Made by a program: the position numbers and the translations under genes. Shown one piece after another: positions 39,337 to 49,193 of a stretch of DNA of 64,000 nt. The notes beneath the pieces were generated by a model. That model worked only from the letters and a program-made list of their open reading frames with translations. It was not told the origin of the DNA and did no database searches. The stretch lies in assembly GCA_038727135.1 (NCBI GenBank), contig JAVYWL010000001.1, positions 256,001-320,000 on the forward strand. Direction: 5' to 3'. The first letter of the stretch is position 1. Each line of letters starts with the position of its first letter. The stretch is from Candidatus Bathyarchaeia archaeon. Its GTDB lineage: Archaea > Thermoproteota > Bathyarchaeia > Bathyarchaeales > Bathycorpusculaceae.

Positions 39337-40284
39337 GTGGCGGTTAGATTGGCATTTAATGACGAAACTAAGGTTCTGGACGTTCTAGAGAAAGTCAGCA
39401 AGTGCGTCGTCAACATCAGCACGATTAGACTGATTCAAGATATATTCTATCAAGTTTTCCCGGTCAAGGGCATGGGTTCCGGAACAATAATAGACAGCGA
39501 AGGTCATATATTGACGAATAACCATGTTGTTCAAGGCGCTGAACGCATAGCTGTCACCCTTTGGAACGGCGAGGTTTTAAACGGACGCTTGCTTGGAACA
39601 TGCACAATTCACGACATAGCCGTAGTCAAAGTTGACAGGAAAGGCTTGCCCTATGCTGAGCTTGGAGACTCTGATAAGTTGAGGATTGGACAGCGCGTCT
39701 ACGCCATCGGTAACCCCTTCGGCTTGGCTGGTGGACCAACAATAACTTCCGGCGTTATAAGCGCCTTAAACCGCACCATAGAATCCAAAAATGAGCTTCT
39801 GGAAAATCTTGTCCAAACAGATGCAGCCATAAACCCGGGAAACAGCGGCGGACCCCTAGTGGATGTTAATGGCAAGGTTGTTGCCATAAGCACCGCTATT
39901 ATTCCCTATGCCCATGGAATCGGGTTCGCCATTCCCATAAACTCAGCCAAAAAGTGCGCAGCAGAAATCATATCTAAAGGGGTGCATACACGACCATGGC
40001 TTGGGATAATGGGATTAAGCCTCACAAAGGAGATTTCCCGCTATTATGGAATACCATTAGATGAAGGCGTTTTAGTCACTAGGGTTGTTGAGGGAAGCCC
40101 AGCGCATGAGGCTGGTATAGCGGCTGGCGACATAATATTGGCTTTGGATGACGTCCCCGTAACACGAATAGAGAAGCTCTTAGGCGAAATTCATAAGAAA
40201 AGGGCTGGCGAAAAAGTCCGCTTGACGGTTTACCGGGATGGTTTTGAGTACTCCTTCGAAGTGATTTTAGCTAAGGCGCCCTAA
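39337..40284 (+). CDS. HtrA/DegP-like serine protease with PDZ domain
   Basis: TNNHVV, DIAV, QTDAAINPGNSGG, C-terminal PDZ; no signal peptide visible. Confidence 0.94.
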   Translation: MAVRLAFNDETKVLDVLEKVSKCVVNISTIRLIQDIFYQVFPVKGMGSGTIIDSEGHILTNNHVVQGAERIAVTLWNGEVLNGRLLGTCTIHDIAVVKVDRKGLPYAELGDSDKLRIGQRVYAIGNPFGLAGGPTITSGVISALNRTIESKNELLENLVQTDAAINPGNSGGPLVDVNGKVVAISTAIIPYAHGIGFAIPINSAKKCAAEIISKGVHTRPWLGIMGLSLTKEISRYYGIPLDEGVLVTRVVEGSPAHEAGIAAGDIILALDDVPVTRIEKLLGEIHKKRAGEKVRLTVYRDGFEYSFEVILAKAP

Positions 40285-40316
40285 AACGTTTGTTTGCGTG
40301 CTGTTCGGTTTTCGAG

Positions 40317-40331
40317 CGGAAATTATAAATT
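40317..40331 (+). promoter_or_regulatory. Putative BRE/TATA promoter
   Basis: CGGAAA followed by TTATAAAT upstream of the 40397 gene. Confidence 0.45.
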
Positions 40332-40396
40332 GGAAAGGTAATAATAAGATGTAAACGCTTCAGAATTTAACTGGTCCTTGTGTATGGGGGAGGCTG

Positions 40397-41131
40397 ATGA
40401 GCACACACGCAGAAGAATTGAAACTGCGTTTAATGACTATTGAACTTCTTCGAACAGCCAAATACAAGCGGAACATCACATACCGCGAGTTGTCAGCAAA
40501 AACAGGCTTGCCAGTAACGGTTCTAAGCAGATACGCCAAAGGACACGTTTTGCCCAACACTGCCAGAGCAAAACAGCTCTGGAAAGTCTTATCAAAATTT
40601 GTGGGTTTGGAAAACGAGCTTCGGAACAGAATAAAGTTTAACGAGGATGGTTATTTTGATAACACCGAGATTATTGGAGATTTTAACATTCTCCAGCAAG
40701 CGGCTAATCATGCTCTTGCAAATTTTGCTGGAAAACGAGTTACAAAAGTGTTTACTGCGGCGGTTGACGGAATCCCATTGGCAACTATGGTGGCAAACGC
40801 TCTAGGCGTAAACCTTGTTATAGCCAAGAGAAGCAAGGAGGTTGGCGTTAAAGAATTTCTTGAGGAAACATTTGTGCTTAGGGATTCCGGCGTAACAATT
40901 ACGCTTTATGTTCCAAAGGAAGCCATCAAAAAGCGGGACAGCGTCCTAATAGTGGATGATATGATTAAGACTGGTGAGACACAAGCAGCGCTCGTCAATC
41001 TTGTGCGTAAAGCGAAGGCTGAAATTTCGGGGATTTTCTCCCTGATAGCCATAGGCGACGAGTGGCGGAAGCGACTAAAGCTTCCGGAAGAATGCCCAAT
41101 AGAGGTTGTAACCTACATTAAGCCCCCATAG
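40397..41131 (+). CDS. HTH plus phosphoribosyltransferase-domain protein (PurR-like regulator or APRT-like)
   Basis: TYRELSAKTGLPVTVLSRY HTH; VLIVDDMIKTGET PRPP loop. Confidence 0.88.
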   Translation: MSTHAEELKLRLMTIELLRTAKYKRNITYRELSAKTGLPVTVLSRYAKGHVLPNTARAKQLWKVLSKFVGLENELRNRIKFNEDGYFDNTEIIGDFNILQQAANHALANFAGKRVTKVFTAAVDGIPLATMVANALGVNLVIAKRSKEVGVKEFLEETFVLRDSGVTITLYVPKEAIKKRDSVLIVDDMIKTGETQAALVNLVRKAKAEISGIFSLIAIGDEWRKRLKLPEECPIEVVTYIKPP

Positions 41132-41828
41132 CGTGGCGTTTACAATCCGCTTTAACGGGACAGACGGCGCATCTATCCTTTCTACAGTAGTTTTTGCCTA
41201 AGCGAAGCAATGCAGTTTCAAAGTTTATGAAGGACTTGCCAGCCACGGCGTTTTCAGCCCAAAAATCTTCCAGTTGCTGCAAAATCTCTTTTGGAGCCTC
41301 CTCATCAATTATTCCAAGGTTTTTGGCCGCCATTATAACGAGACTTGTTGGCTTCGGCTTGGCTTTCTCCCAAACGTCGCGTAACTCCCTTAAAAATATG
41401 CTGACCGTCACGTCACCGACGCCCTTTCCCAAACCTTTAAGCTTCTCTTCTAAATCCGCATGGTCGCGGGCTTCCTCATATATGGCGGTTAGCCTTCCGC
41501 TATACTTCCCAGTTAAGTTCCGCATAACTTCGAGAAGCTTGTCAGCCGTTTTGAAGTCATAACGTGTGTAGCTTCCCTCGTCCAGAATCCGCACCAAGCC
41601 GTCCCAACCGGTTTCTAGAATCTTTTGAGGGGTTAAGACGCCGTGTTTTTCGAAGCACTTGTAGGTTTTTATGACGGAAGTTTCTGTTATCGGTGCGCCG
41701 AAAAGTATGGAAGTAAAAAACCACTTGAAAATCTCCTCCTCCCTTTGGCTTTTTAGGTCTATGCCCAAAATTTCAGAATATTGCGTTCCAAGCTTTTCAA
41801 CAAGGGTTTGGAGGCTTTCCCTCTTCAA
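41118..41828 (-). CDS. HhH-GPD/endonuclease III-related protein with Fe-S motif
   Basis: LGKGVGDVT helix-hairpin-helix; C-terminal CRKDRCAVCPVKADC. Confidence 0.75.
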   Translation of the reverse strand: MKRESLQTLVEKLGTQYSEILGIDLKSQREEEIFKWFFTSILFGAPITETSVIKTYKCFEKHGVLTPQKILETGWDGLVRILDEGSYTRYDFKTADKLLEVMRNLTGKYSGRLTAIYEEARDHADLEEKLKGLGKGVGDVTVSIFLRELRDVWEKAKPKPTSLVIMAAKNLGIIDEEAPKEILQQLEDFWAENAVAGKSFINFETALLRLGKNYCRKDRCAVCPVKADCKRHAMGA

Positions 41829-41918
41829 AACTTTTCACCATCCCTTCCCACACGTCTAACAAGATTTATACTTATTCCAGCATAAACGGTTAGCGGACGC
41901 GAAAGGGAGAGACATCGG

Positions 41919-42938
41919 ATGCAAACCATAATGTGGCGCAGCGGAACAGTCGTAACAATAGACCAGATGAAGCTTCCCCATAAAACGGAGTTTCTAGAGT
42001 TAAAGAGTTGCAGCGAAGTGGCTGAAGCCATAAAAACCATGAAGATTAGAGGCGCTCCACTAATCGGGGTTGCCGCAGCCTACGCTTTGGCGCTGACAGC
42101 TTACCATTCAAAGGCGCGGCGAAAGGAGGAGCTTATCCGCGAACTGGAAGAGGCGGCAAAAATATTACGAGAGACCAGACCAACAGGGGTTAACCTCTTC
42201 TGGGCGGTTGACAGAATTTTAAAAAAAGCTGGGGCTTTCCAAGGAAGCGTTGAGGATTTAGCCGCCTTCGTCGTTGAAGAGGCAAATAGGATAGCTGAAG
42301 AAGACGTTGCGGCAAACCGCTCAATGGGAAAGCATGGAGCCACACTAATCAATGATGGGGACACGGTGCTGACACATTGCAACGCTGGGGCACTAGCAAC
42401 AGTGGACTATGGAACAGCCCTAGGCGTTATTAGGGCAGCTGTGGAACAAGGTAAAAGGGTTAGGGTTATTGCCACTGAAACCAGACCGAAGCTGCAGGGC
42501 GCCCGCCTAACAGCCTACGAGCTTAAACGGGACGGAATACCAGTCACCTTGATAAGCGACACCATGGTGGGATACGTCATGTATAAACGCATGGTTGACA
42601 AGGTTATTGTTGGAGCCGACCGTATAGTGCGGGATGCTGTAATCAACAAGATTGGAACCTACCAGATAGCAGTCCTAGCTAAAGAACACGGCATACCATT
42701 TTACGTGGCGGCTCCAAAATCCACCTTTGACTTAGCCCATACAGCAGCAGATATAACAATAGAAGAGCGAAGCCCAGAAGAGGTGACATGTATAGGTTCT
42801 GAGCGGATAGCTCCAGAAGGCGTTCCAGCCCTAAATCCAGCTTTTGACATCACGCCCATAAAATATGTGGCGGCAGTTATTTGTGAAGAAGGCATTCTAT
42901 ATAAGGACGATTTGGCAAAAATAAGCCAGCACGGTTAA
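41919..42938 (+). CDS. mtnA: S-methyl-5-thioribose-1-phosphate isomerase (eIF2B-like)
   Basis: IRGAPLIG, TRPTGVNL, THCNAGALAT, ETRPKLQGARLT, NKIGTY, NPAFDITP. Confidence 0.93.
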   Translation: MQTIMWRSGTVVTIDQMKLPHKTEFLELKSCSEVAEAIKTMKIRGAPLIGVAAAYALALTAYHSKARRKEELIRELEEAAKILRETRPTGVNLFWAVDRILKKAGAFQGSVEDLAAFVVEEANRIAEEDVAANRSMGKHGATLINDGDTVLTHCNAGALATVDYGTALGVIRAAVEQGKRVRVIATETRPKLQGARLTAYELKRDGIPVTLISDTMVGYVMYKRMVDKVIVGADRIVRDAVINKIGTYQIAVLAKEHGIPFYVAAPKSTFDLAHTAADITIEERSPEEVTCIGSERIAPEGVPALNPAFDITPIKYVAAVICEEGILYKDDLAKISQHG

Positions 42939-42942
42939 GCAT

Positions 42943-43503
42943 ATGAGCAAAAGTAAGGAGCCACTGCAACCGCTTCGTCAAGAAACAAAAATTGAGGGAA
43001 CATTAACCGAAAAGGGAGTGAAAATCGCCAACAAACAGAGAGCAGAGGAGCTTAAAGCAAAGGGCTACGGCATAGAAGAAAACGACGGGCTTCTCCTAAA
43101 CTTTTACGAGGCACTCCACCTCCTAGATAAGGGCTTAATTTTAGTTAAAGACGAGAAGGGCTGGGAAATAGACTTCCAACAACTTCTGCAAGTCGCTGAA
43201 AAAACAGACGAGAACGCTTGGGCTAAATACATGGTTTACAGAGACCTTAGAAGCCGCGGATACGTTGTCCGCGAAGGCTTCGGCATGGGCGTAGACTTCA
43301 GAGTCTATGAAAGAGGCGAATATGGGAAGGACACAGCTAAATATCTAATCCTAAACCTTCAAGAGGGCAAACCAATAACAATGGAGGAGCTAACCCAAAT
43401 AATGAGGCAGTGCCAAAGCCTAAAAAAGGAGCTTATTTTGGCCGTTATGAGCCGAAGAGGCGAAATAGTTTACTATTCCGTCTCACAATTAACCCTACCA
43501 TAA
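42943..43503 (+). CDS. endA: tRNA-splicing endonuclease subunit, probably the structural one
   Basis: EALHL, YMVYRDLRSRGYVVREG, DFRVY; catalytic His not visible. Confidence 0.85.
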   Translation: MSKSKEPLQPLRQETKIEGTLTEKGVKIANKQRAEELKAKGYGIEENDGLLLNFYEALHLLDKGLILVKDEKGWEIDFQQLLQVAEKTDENAWAKYMVYRDLRSRGYVVREGFGMGVDFRVYERGEYGKDTAKYLILNLQEGKPITMEELTQIMRQCQSLKKELILAVMSRRGEIVYYSVSQLTLP

Positions 43504-43533
43504 AAGAGGTAGAAGCCCAAAACGTGAACGGTT

Positions 43534-44832
43534 ATGAGCGCCTACAAAACAGTCCGGGGAATGAGGGACTTCCTACCAGAAGAAGCGAAAATAATGCGCT
43601 TCATAGAGGAAAAAGCCAGAAAAACAGCCAAACTGTACGGGTATAGGGAGATAATAACACCAGTTGTAGAGTCCTATGAGCTGGTGGCGGCAAAGGCAGG
43701 CGAAGAAGTCCGTGCAAGAATGTACGCCTTTGAAGATTTGGGCGGAAGAAAAGTTGCCTTAAGACCGGAGTTCACGGCTTCCGTTGCAAGGCTTGTGGCG
43801 ACAACAATGCGAAACGAGCCTAAACCATTGAGGCTATTCTGTGTTGGAAGTCTCTACAGATATGATGAACCACAGAAGGGACGCTTTAGGGAGTTTTGGC
43901 AGTCAAACTTTGAGCTAATGGGTTCCGAAAAACCAGAAGCCGACGCCGAAGTGCTGCTACTAACAAACACTTTAATGAAGTCTGTGGGACTGAGGAACCA
44001 CACTTTTAAAGTTGGACATGTCGGCGTTTTAAGAGGCATATTAAGCCACGAAGGACTCGAAGAGGAAACCCAAAACCGCGTCATGCAACTCATGGACAAA
44101 AAGCAGTATGAGGAAGCACTAGGCATTGTAAAGAAAGCTGGCGCGTCGGACAAGTGCCTAAAAACGCTCAGAAGACTGGTCGATTTAAAAGGAAGCAACA
44201 CTGCAAGCATTCTGGATGAAATGGAAAAACTCGTGAAAGATTATGAAAACGCATTAAAAGCGGTAAGAAATCTCAGAGAAATCCTCGAGCTGGTGGGAAA
44301 GTCAGAGAAAGAGCTGGACATAATCGTGGACGCCGGTTTCGCCCGCGGACTGGAATATTATACTGGAATGATTTTTGAGGTTTATGTGCCGGAACTGGAC
44401 ATTGCACTGGCTGGCGGGGGGAGATACGACAAACTTGTGGAGCTTTTTGGTGGAGAGCCAACACCAGCCGTTGGGGTTGCCCATGGAATAGACAGAATAA
44501 TGCTCGCTATGCAAGAGCAGAAAACCAGCTTACCAACTGAAGAGGAGAAACGGGTCATGGTTATTCCTGTTACTGAGAAACTGAACGATGAAGCCTTGAG
44601 GATTTCAGAAATACTTAGGAACGAGGGAATAGTTGTCGAAGCAGAAGTCATGGGGCGGAAGGTTACAAAGGCTTTGGAGGACGCTGACAGAAGGGGCATA
44701 AGCCACGTGGTAATAGTTGGCAAGAGGGAACTAAGCGAAGGCGCCGTCGTCCTAAGAGACATGCAGAAAAAAGAACAAGACAAGGTCAAAATTGAGGAAC
44801 TAGCCCAAAAAATAAAATCTGGCGGAATTTAG
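43534..44832 (+). CDS. hisS: Histidine--tRNA ligase
   Basis: RGMRDF, LRPEFT, RYDEPQKGRFREF, RGLEYYTG, GGGRYD. Confidence 0.97.
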   Translation: MSAYKTVRGMRDFLPEEAKIMRFIEEKARKTAKLYGYREIITPVVESYELVAAKAGEEVRARMYAFEDLGGRKVALRPEFTASVARLVATTMRNEPKPLRLFCVGSLYRYDEPQKGRFREFWQSNFELMGSEKPEADAEVLLLTNTLMKSVGLRNHTFKVGHVGVLRGILSHEGLEEETQNRVMQLMDKKQYEEALGIVKKAGASDKCLKTLRRLVDLKGSNTASILDEMEKLVKDYENALKAVRNLREILELVGKSEKELDIIVDAGFARGLEYYTGMIFEVYVPELDIALAGGGRYDKLVELFGGEPTPAVGVAHGIDRIMLAMQEQKTSLPTEEEKRVMVIPVTEKLNDEALRISEILRNEGIVVEAEVMGRKVTKALEDADRRGISHVVIVGKRELSEGAVVLRDMQKKEQDKVKIEELAQKIKSGGI

Positions 44833-45338
44833 ATTTCCGAAATTTTTGTGCTTCGCTCCCTTCTTAAGAAGTCTCCAATGTCCAAAATGTTTTTGACGAC
44901 CACGCCGCTTTCCGCCTTGTCTAAGTTCCTTTCTATTCTGCCAAAGCCGAGGCACTCGCCATGGCGATTAAAAACCAATGTGTAGGCGCCTTTACCTCTT
45001 GAGCCATAAGTCTCCAATATTCCCTCCTTAAATATGTCTCTACCGCAAACGAAAAGCCAAGCCGCCTTATCATCAACAACCACCTTGTTTTGGGCTTGGT
45101 CTGCAATCATGAAAAGCAAGGGAAAACTTGGAGAGAACCTTCCATTCTCAACTTTGCCGAGATATGTGCCTGCAAAAAGCCAGTCTCCGCATTTCTCAGC
45201 AAGTTTCCTCAGACTCCGACTTAGCAAGAAAAACTTACCCTTCCTCTTAACCACCAAATCTCTGTCTAAACTAAGTTTTGCACCAAAAAGTCTGGCAAAA
45301 TCCTCTATAGGCTTCGCCACGGCTACTTTCACCCACAC
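44829..45338 (-). CDS. NIP7-like PUA-domain ribosome biogenesis protein
   Basis: AWLFVCGRDI, CLGFG, LDIGDFLRRE; overlaps the m5C methyltransferase stop. Confidence 0.82.
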   Translation of the reverse strand: MWVKVAVAKPIEDFARLFGAKLSLDRDLVVKRKGKFFLLSRSLRKLAEKCGDWLFAGTYLGKVENGRFSPSFPLLFMIADQAQNKVVVDDKAAWLFVCGRDIFKEGILETYGSRGKGAYTLVFNRHGECLGFGRIERNLDKAESGVVVKNILDIGDFLRRERSTKISEI

Positions 45339-46216
45339 CTGCGCTTTTTAAGTTTGCAGACAAAAAAGCCTTGAGTTTCACCAGGCCATATACGGCGACA
45401 ATTCCCAACGGAATCATCTAGTTTTTTGCCGAAGATTTTTGTTGGCGCCTCCTCTCCATAGCATTCTATCTCCACAGTTTTAAGGCCCAGATTCTTCACA
45501 GCCCAGTCAATGTTTAGTTCGTCTTCTTCCGGCTCCAAGGAGCAAGTAGCATAAACTATTTCGCCATCCTCTTTTAGAACTTTAACGGCTTCTGCAAGAA
45601 TCTCCCTTTGAAGCCTAGCGTTTCTCTTAACATCAGCCAGCGTTCTTCGCCTAAACCAGCCTTTGTCAGTGACGAAGTTGCCGGAACATGGCACATCAAG
45701 CAATATTCTATCAAACTTCAAACCAAGCTTTGAGGCTTTTCTGGCATCCAGCCGATAAACAATGGTGTTTTTTACACGACAACGCTCCAACTGATTTTGT
45801 AAGGCATTGAGCCTTCGCCTATCAACATCCAAAGCCACAATGACGCCGGTGTTCTCCATCAAGTCAGCCAATTGAACAGTCTTGCCGCCTGGAGCGGCAC
45901 AAGCATCTAAAACAGTCTTGCCCCTTAAATCTGTGAACAATGCTGCTGGGATTTGAGCCGCAGCCTCTTGGATGGAATAATAGCCCAAAAGATACTCCAC
46001 AGTGGCGCCGACAGAAAAATCTGAACGCGTAACCCAGTAACCACCACGCAGAAACGGGATTTCCTCAAGCTCAACCCCCAAACCCCTAAGCCTCTCCAAA
46101 ATCTTGACGCCCTTAACATTCATGGCATTAACCCTGATGGCTTGTTTTGGCGCAACATCCCTAAACTCCCAACCCAACAATCGATAACGACCAACAAAAA
46201 ACTTCTTACCAAACAT
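45329..46216 (-). CDS. RsmB/NOP2 family RNA m5C methyltransferase
   Basis: LDACAAPGGKT, LLDVPCSG, YATCSLEPEE. Confidence 0.94.
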   Translation of the reverse strand: MFGKKFFVGRYRLLGWEFRDVAPKQAIRVNAMNVKGVKILERLRGLGVELEEIPFLRGGYWVTRSDFSVGATVEYLLGYYSIQEAAAQIPAALFTDLRGKTVLDACAAPGGKTVQLADLMENTGVIVALDVDRRRLNALQNQLERCRVKNTIVYRLDARKASKLGLKFDRILLDVPCSGNFVTDKGWFRRRTLADVKRNARLQREILAEAVKVLKEDGEIVYATCSLEPEEDELNIDWAVKNLGLKTVEIECYGEEAPTKIFGKKLDDSVGNCRRIWPGETQGFFVCKLKKRRCG

Positions 46217-46391
46217 CAAAAACACAAAAGCCAACAACAATAAAAACTTGACTATAAAGCAAAACAGAAAACTAGAGGGGGACTATCAATTTTGCAGTCT
46301 CTACCCAACACAAAATTGACATTTGCCATTAACAACACAGAACATAACGCTTTTTAGGAAAGCATGGATAAGAGATAACCGGAAATTATCG

Positions 46392-46469
46392 GCGGCCGTA
46401 GTCTAGCCTGGACTAGGACATCAGCCTGCCACGCTGACGACCCGGGTTCAAATCCCGGCGGCCGCACCA
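46392..46469 (+). tRNA. tRNA-Gly(GCC), CCA encoded, no intron
   Basis: GCGGCCG/CGGCCGC acceptor stem; TCAGC-CTGCCAC-GCTGA anticodon arm; CCGGG-TTCAAAT-CCCGG T arm; ACCA end. Confidence 0.97.
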
Positions 46470-46516
46470 TAGATTTTTATCTTAAAACACACAATTAATG
46501 GCTGGAGTTGGTGTGT

Positions 46517-46714
46517 ATGCCTATAGTTCATGTGTATGTTTGGGAAGGTTTCGGAAAAGACCGAGTTAAAACATTAATTCGTGAGATAACCAAGGTGTTT
46601 GGTGGTTTAGGTGTTCCTGAAAGCGTCGTCGAAGTTGTTGTGCATGAAGTCCCAAAAACGCATTGGGGCATTGGTGGGGAGCCAGCTTCTGAAAAGTTCA
46701 AGGATAAGCCTTAA
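46517..46714 (+). CDS. 4-oxalocrotonate tautomerase family protein
   Basis: Catalytic Pro-1 (MPIVHV), VVVHEVPKTHWGIGG. Confidence 0.9.
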   Translation: MPIVHVYVWEGFGKDRVKTLIREITKVFGGLGVPESVVEVVVHEVPKTHWGIGGEPASEKFKDKP

Positions 46715-47447
46715 GGCGAATCATATCTTCAATTTTTCTTTTCGCCTCACACATGTTTCTGGCTATGGCGTCTGGTTTCTGCCCGCTTTCAACAAGCTTT
46801 TTAATTGGGAAAAATTGGGAGGCAACAAAGACTGTTTTCATGCCCAGCTGCTTTGCGCCCTTAATGTCTTCTTCTGGGCTGTCTCCAACATAAAGCGCCT
46901 CTTCAGCTGCAACTCCAAGTCTCTTTAATGCTTCTTCGAAGATTTTGGCGTGGGGCTTCCGCCAACCAACAGCATCTGAAACAAGAACCACGTCGAAAAA
47001 ATTGCTTATCCCAACCCTCCTAAGCCCAGCATATATTACAGGGGCATATGTAAAGTTTGAAACAAGTCCAAGCTTACAATCCCCAGCCAAAGCTTCCAAT
47101 GTTTGCCTTGCACACTTCCTAAGCCTAAAAGAATTCAGATAATCCTCAAAGAAAATGTTAACAGCAGTCCTTATGCGAGTGTCCTCTGGACTTGTTTTGA
47201 ACCCCAAACTGTTTAGGGCTTCGGAAATCCATATGGCATTTGTAACTTCGACAAGCCTCTGGTAGCGTATAACACGATACTTTTCATGAGCTTGGCTGTA
47301 CGCCTCCAAAAAGTCTTTTTGACTCACATTAAAACCAGCATCAACAATGGACTTGTAAAGCTTCATTTTGGAAGTTTCCAGATTGTAGCCCTTGACACCC
47401 ACCAGTGTGCCAATAAAGTCAAACATTACAGCTTTAATGGGCGGCAA
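46698..47447 (-). CDS. HAD-superfamily hydrolase
   Basis: FDFIGTL, VSN, RKPH, VGDSPEEDI. Confidence 0.92.
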   Translation of the reverse strand: MPPIKAVMFDFIGTLVGVKGYNLETSKMKLYKSIVDAGFNVSQKDFLEAYSQAHEKYRVIRYQRLVEVTNAIWISEALNSLGFKTSPEDTRIRTAVNIFFEDYLNSFRLRKCARQTLEALAGDCKLGLVSNFTYAPVIYAGLRRVGISNFFDVVLVSDAVGWRKPHAKIFEEALKRLGVAAEEALYVGDSPEEDIKGAKQLGMKTVFVASQFFPIKKLVESGQKPDAIARNMCEAKRKIEDMIRLKAYP

Positions 47448-47550
47448 AGCCTTGCTTCTCCAACTTATGAATTTTAATTCTTCTCTGCAATACTTATTTT
47501 CATTTAATAAGGTTTAGGTATATGTCCAATAATGAGAATAATGAGGCACC

Positions 47551-47949
47551 ATGTCCTTCAGGGACTATCTTCACGAGAAAGCCGAAGAGTCAAGACATAA
47601 TGAGACTGTTGCTTATCTAATGTTTCTCGCCGGAACAATATTCTTTGTTGGGGGAATCCTTGAAAACCTACTCATAAGCAGTGTGATCAAGGTAAGCCCT
47701 GAATGGTTTTTGTTCATTCCATATTATGCTGTTTTCCACAGCGGAACGGTTCTGGGTTTAGCCCTAATAATTTGTGGTTTAACCCTAATCGTGTATGGCA
47801 TAACAGCCGGAATAAGTTATTCGAGGGACAGAAGCTGGTACATGAACGAGTTGCGGAAGGCAAACTCTATGGAAGAAGTCTTACTATCAAAAAAGCGGGT
47901 TTCAAGCGAGACAAAACCGCAAAAACCGGCAAAGAAAACAGCCAAATAG
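47551..47949 (+). CDS. Two-TM membrane protein, unknown function
   Basis: Two hydrophobic helices and a basic tail. Confidence 0.78.
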   Translation: MSFRDYLHEKAEESRHNETVAYLMFLAGTIFFVGGILENLLISSVIKVSPEWFLFIPYYAVFHSGTVLGLALIICGLTLIVYGITAGISYSRDRSWYMNELRKANSMEEVLLSKKRVSSETKPQKPAKKTAK

Positions 47950-47950
47950 A

Positions 47951-48679
47951 TTAAAGGAAAACTTTTGAGACTATTTCAGCCAGTTTTTTGGCAAAATCCG
48001 TCTTCAAAAGTGAGTTCACGTCTCCCAGCGAATCCTCAACCTTTGGGTCAAAGGGCAACTCTCCAAGAAAGCGAAAACCAGCATTGCCAACGTTTTGCAT
48101 TGTGAAATCGCTTTCCCTAATTTTCATGTTCTCAACAACACCTACTACTGGCACTTTAAGCTCTGCAAGCAGACCTAGAAGTTTTTTAACTGTTTCAAAA
48201 GCGAGCGGTGAAGGTGTTGTAACTATGAGGAAGTTTATGCCTTTAACAAGCCTAATAAGGTCTAATGTGGCGTCGCTTATGCCTGGAGGCATATCAATTA
48301 TTAGGAAGTCTAAATCCCCCCATACCGTAGCGGCGAAAAGCTCCATAAGGACGTTTGAAACATCTGCGCCCCTTAATGGCAACACTTTCTCCTTTGAATA
48401 AGCGACAATCGAGACGTATTTTAAACCGTGAACATATGCCGGGGTTATGCCCTTCTCCTCTTTTAGCTTAACATCTTTAACGCCTAAAATTAGGTGAGTT
48501 GAGGGACTCGTGAAATCAGCGTCAAACAGCCCAACCTTAAAGTTTTCTCTTGCCACTGTGAGGGCAAGGGTGGATGCGACAAGGCTTTTCCCAACCCCAC
48601 CCTTACCACTTGAAACGGCAACTATGCGCTTTACCCCTTCAAGTCTCTTGTTGATTATGCTTTCCCGTGGATCCGGCAT
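47951..48679 (-). CDS. hypB: Mrp/MinD-type ATPase, probable Thermococcales-type HypB
   Basis: DPRE...RLEGVKRI, SGKGGVGKS, DMPPG, ENM not followed by CxxC; directly downstream of hypA. Confidence 0.8.
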   Translation of the reverse strand: MPDPRESIINKRLEGVKRIVAVSSGKGGVGKSLVASTLALTVARENFKVGLFDADFTSPSTHLILGVKDVKLKEEKGITPAYVHGLKYVSIVAYSKEKVLPLRGADVSNVLMELFAATVWGDLDFLIIDMPPGISDATLDLIRLVKGINFLIVTTPSPLAFETVKKLLGLLAELKVPVVGVVENMKIRESDFTMQNVGNAGFRFLGELPFDPKVEDSLGDVNSLLKTDFAKKLAEIVSKVFL

Positions 48680-48681
48680 GT

Positions 48682-49080
48682 CTATTTTACCCCCTTTACG
48701 CTTTCAAGCCACACGCCTCTTCCTTGCAAAATTTCAAAGTCTGGACTGCCGCATCTTGGACATTTAATAAAGGCGTGGGCTGTTTCTGGAACGAAGTGGA
48801 TGGCCTCGGCTGTTTCCTCGTTTAGTTTGTTGCGGCTAAAAGACCACGTGTGTCTGCAGACTCTGCACTGTAATTCGGCTTTGACAGTTTCAATGAGAAA
48901 TTTTGCGTTTTTGAGCTTGTCCACTTTGAGCTCTGACAATGCGAACTCTAAAATGTCCACTTCCACTTGTTGAAGCTCGCCCACTTTTATCTTGACTTCC
49001 CTAACCTCCTTTAACCCCTCCTTTTCAGCTATTTGCAAGGCAGAAGAGATTATTGCCTCCGCCAAAGCCCACTCATGCAT
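48682..49080 (-). CDS. hypA: Hydrogenase nickel incorporation protein HypA
   Basis: MHE start, CRVC...CPRCGS, GRG. Confidence 0.95.
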   Translation of the reverse strand: MHEWALAEAIISSALQIAEKEGLKEVREVKIKVGELQQVEVDILEFALSELKVDKLKNAKFLIETVKAELQCRVCRHTWSFSRNKLNEETAEAIHFVPETAHAFIKCPRCGSPDFEILQGRGVWLESVKGVK

Positions 49081-49193
49081 AGGAAAGCCTCCGCAAAGCC
49101 GCATTTAAAAATATTGCAGCCTAACGCCTTTAAACGCCTTTAGATGGGACGAAAAATTTTTAAACATCCAGTTTTCCCAACCAAAATTTGGTG

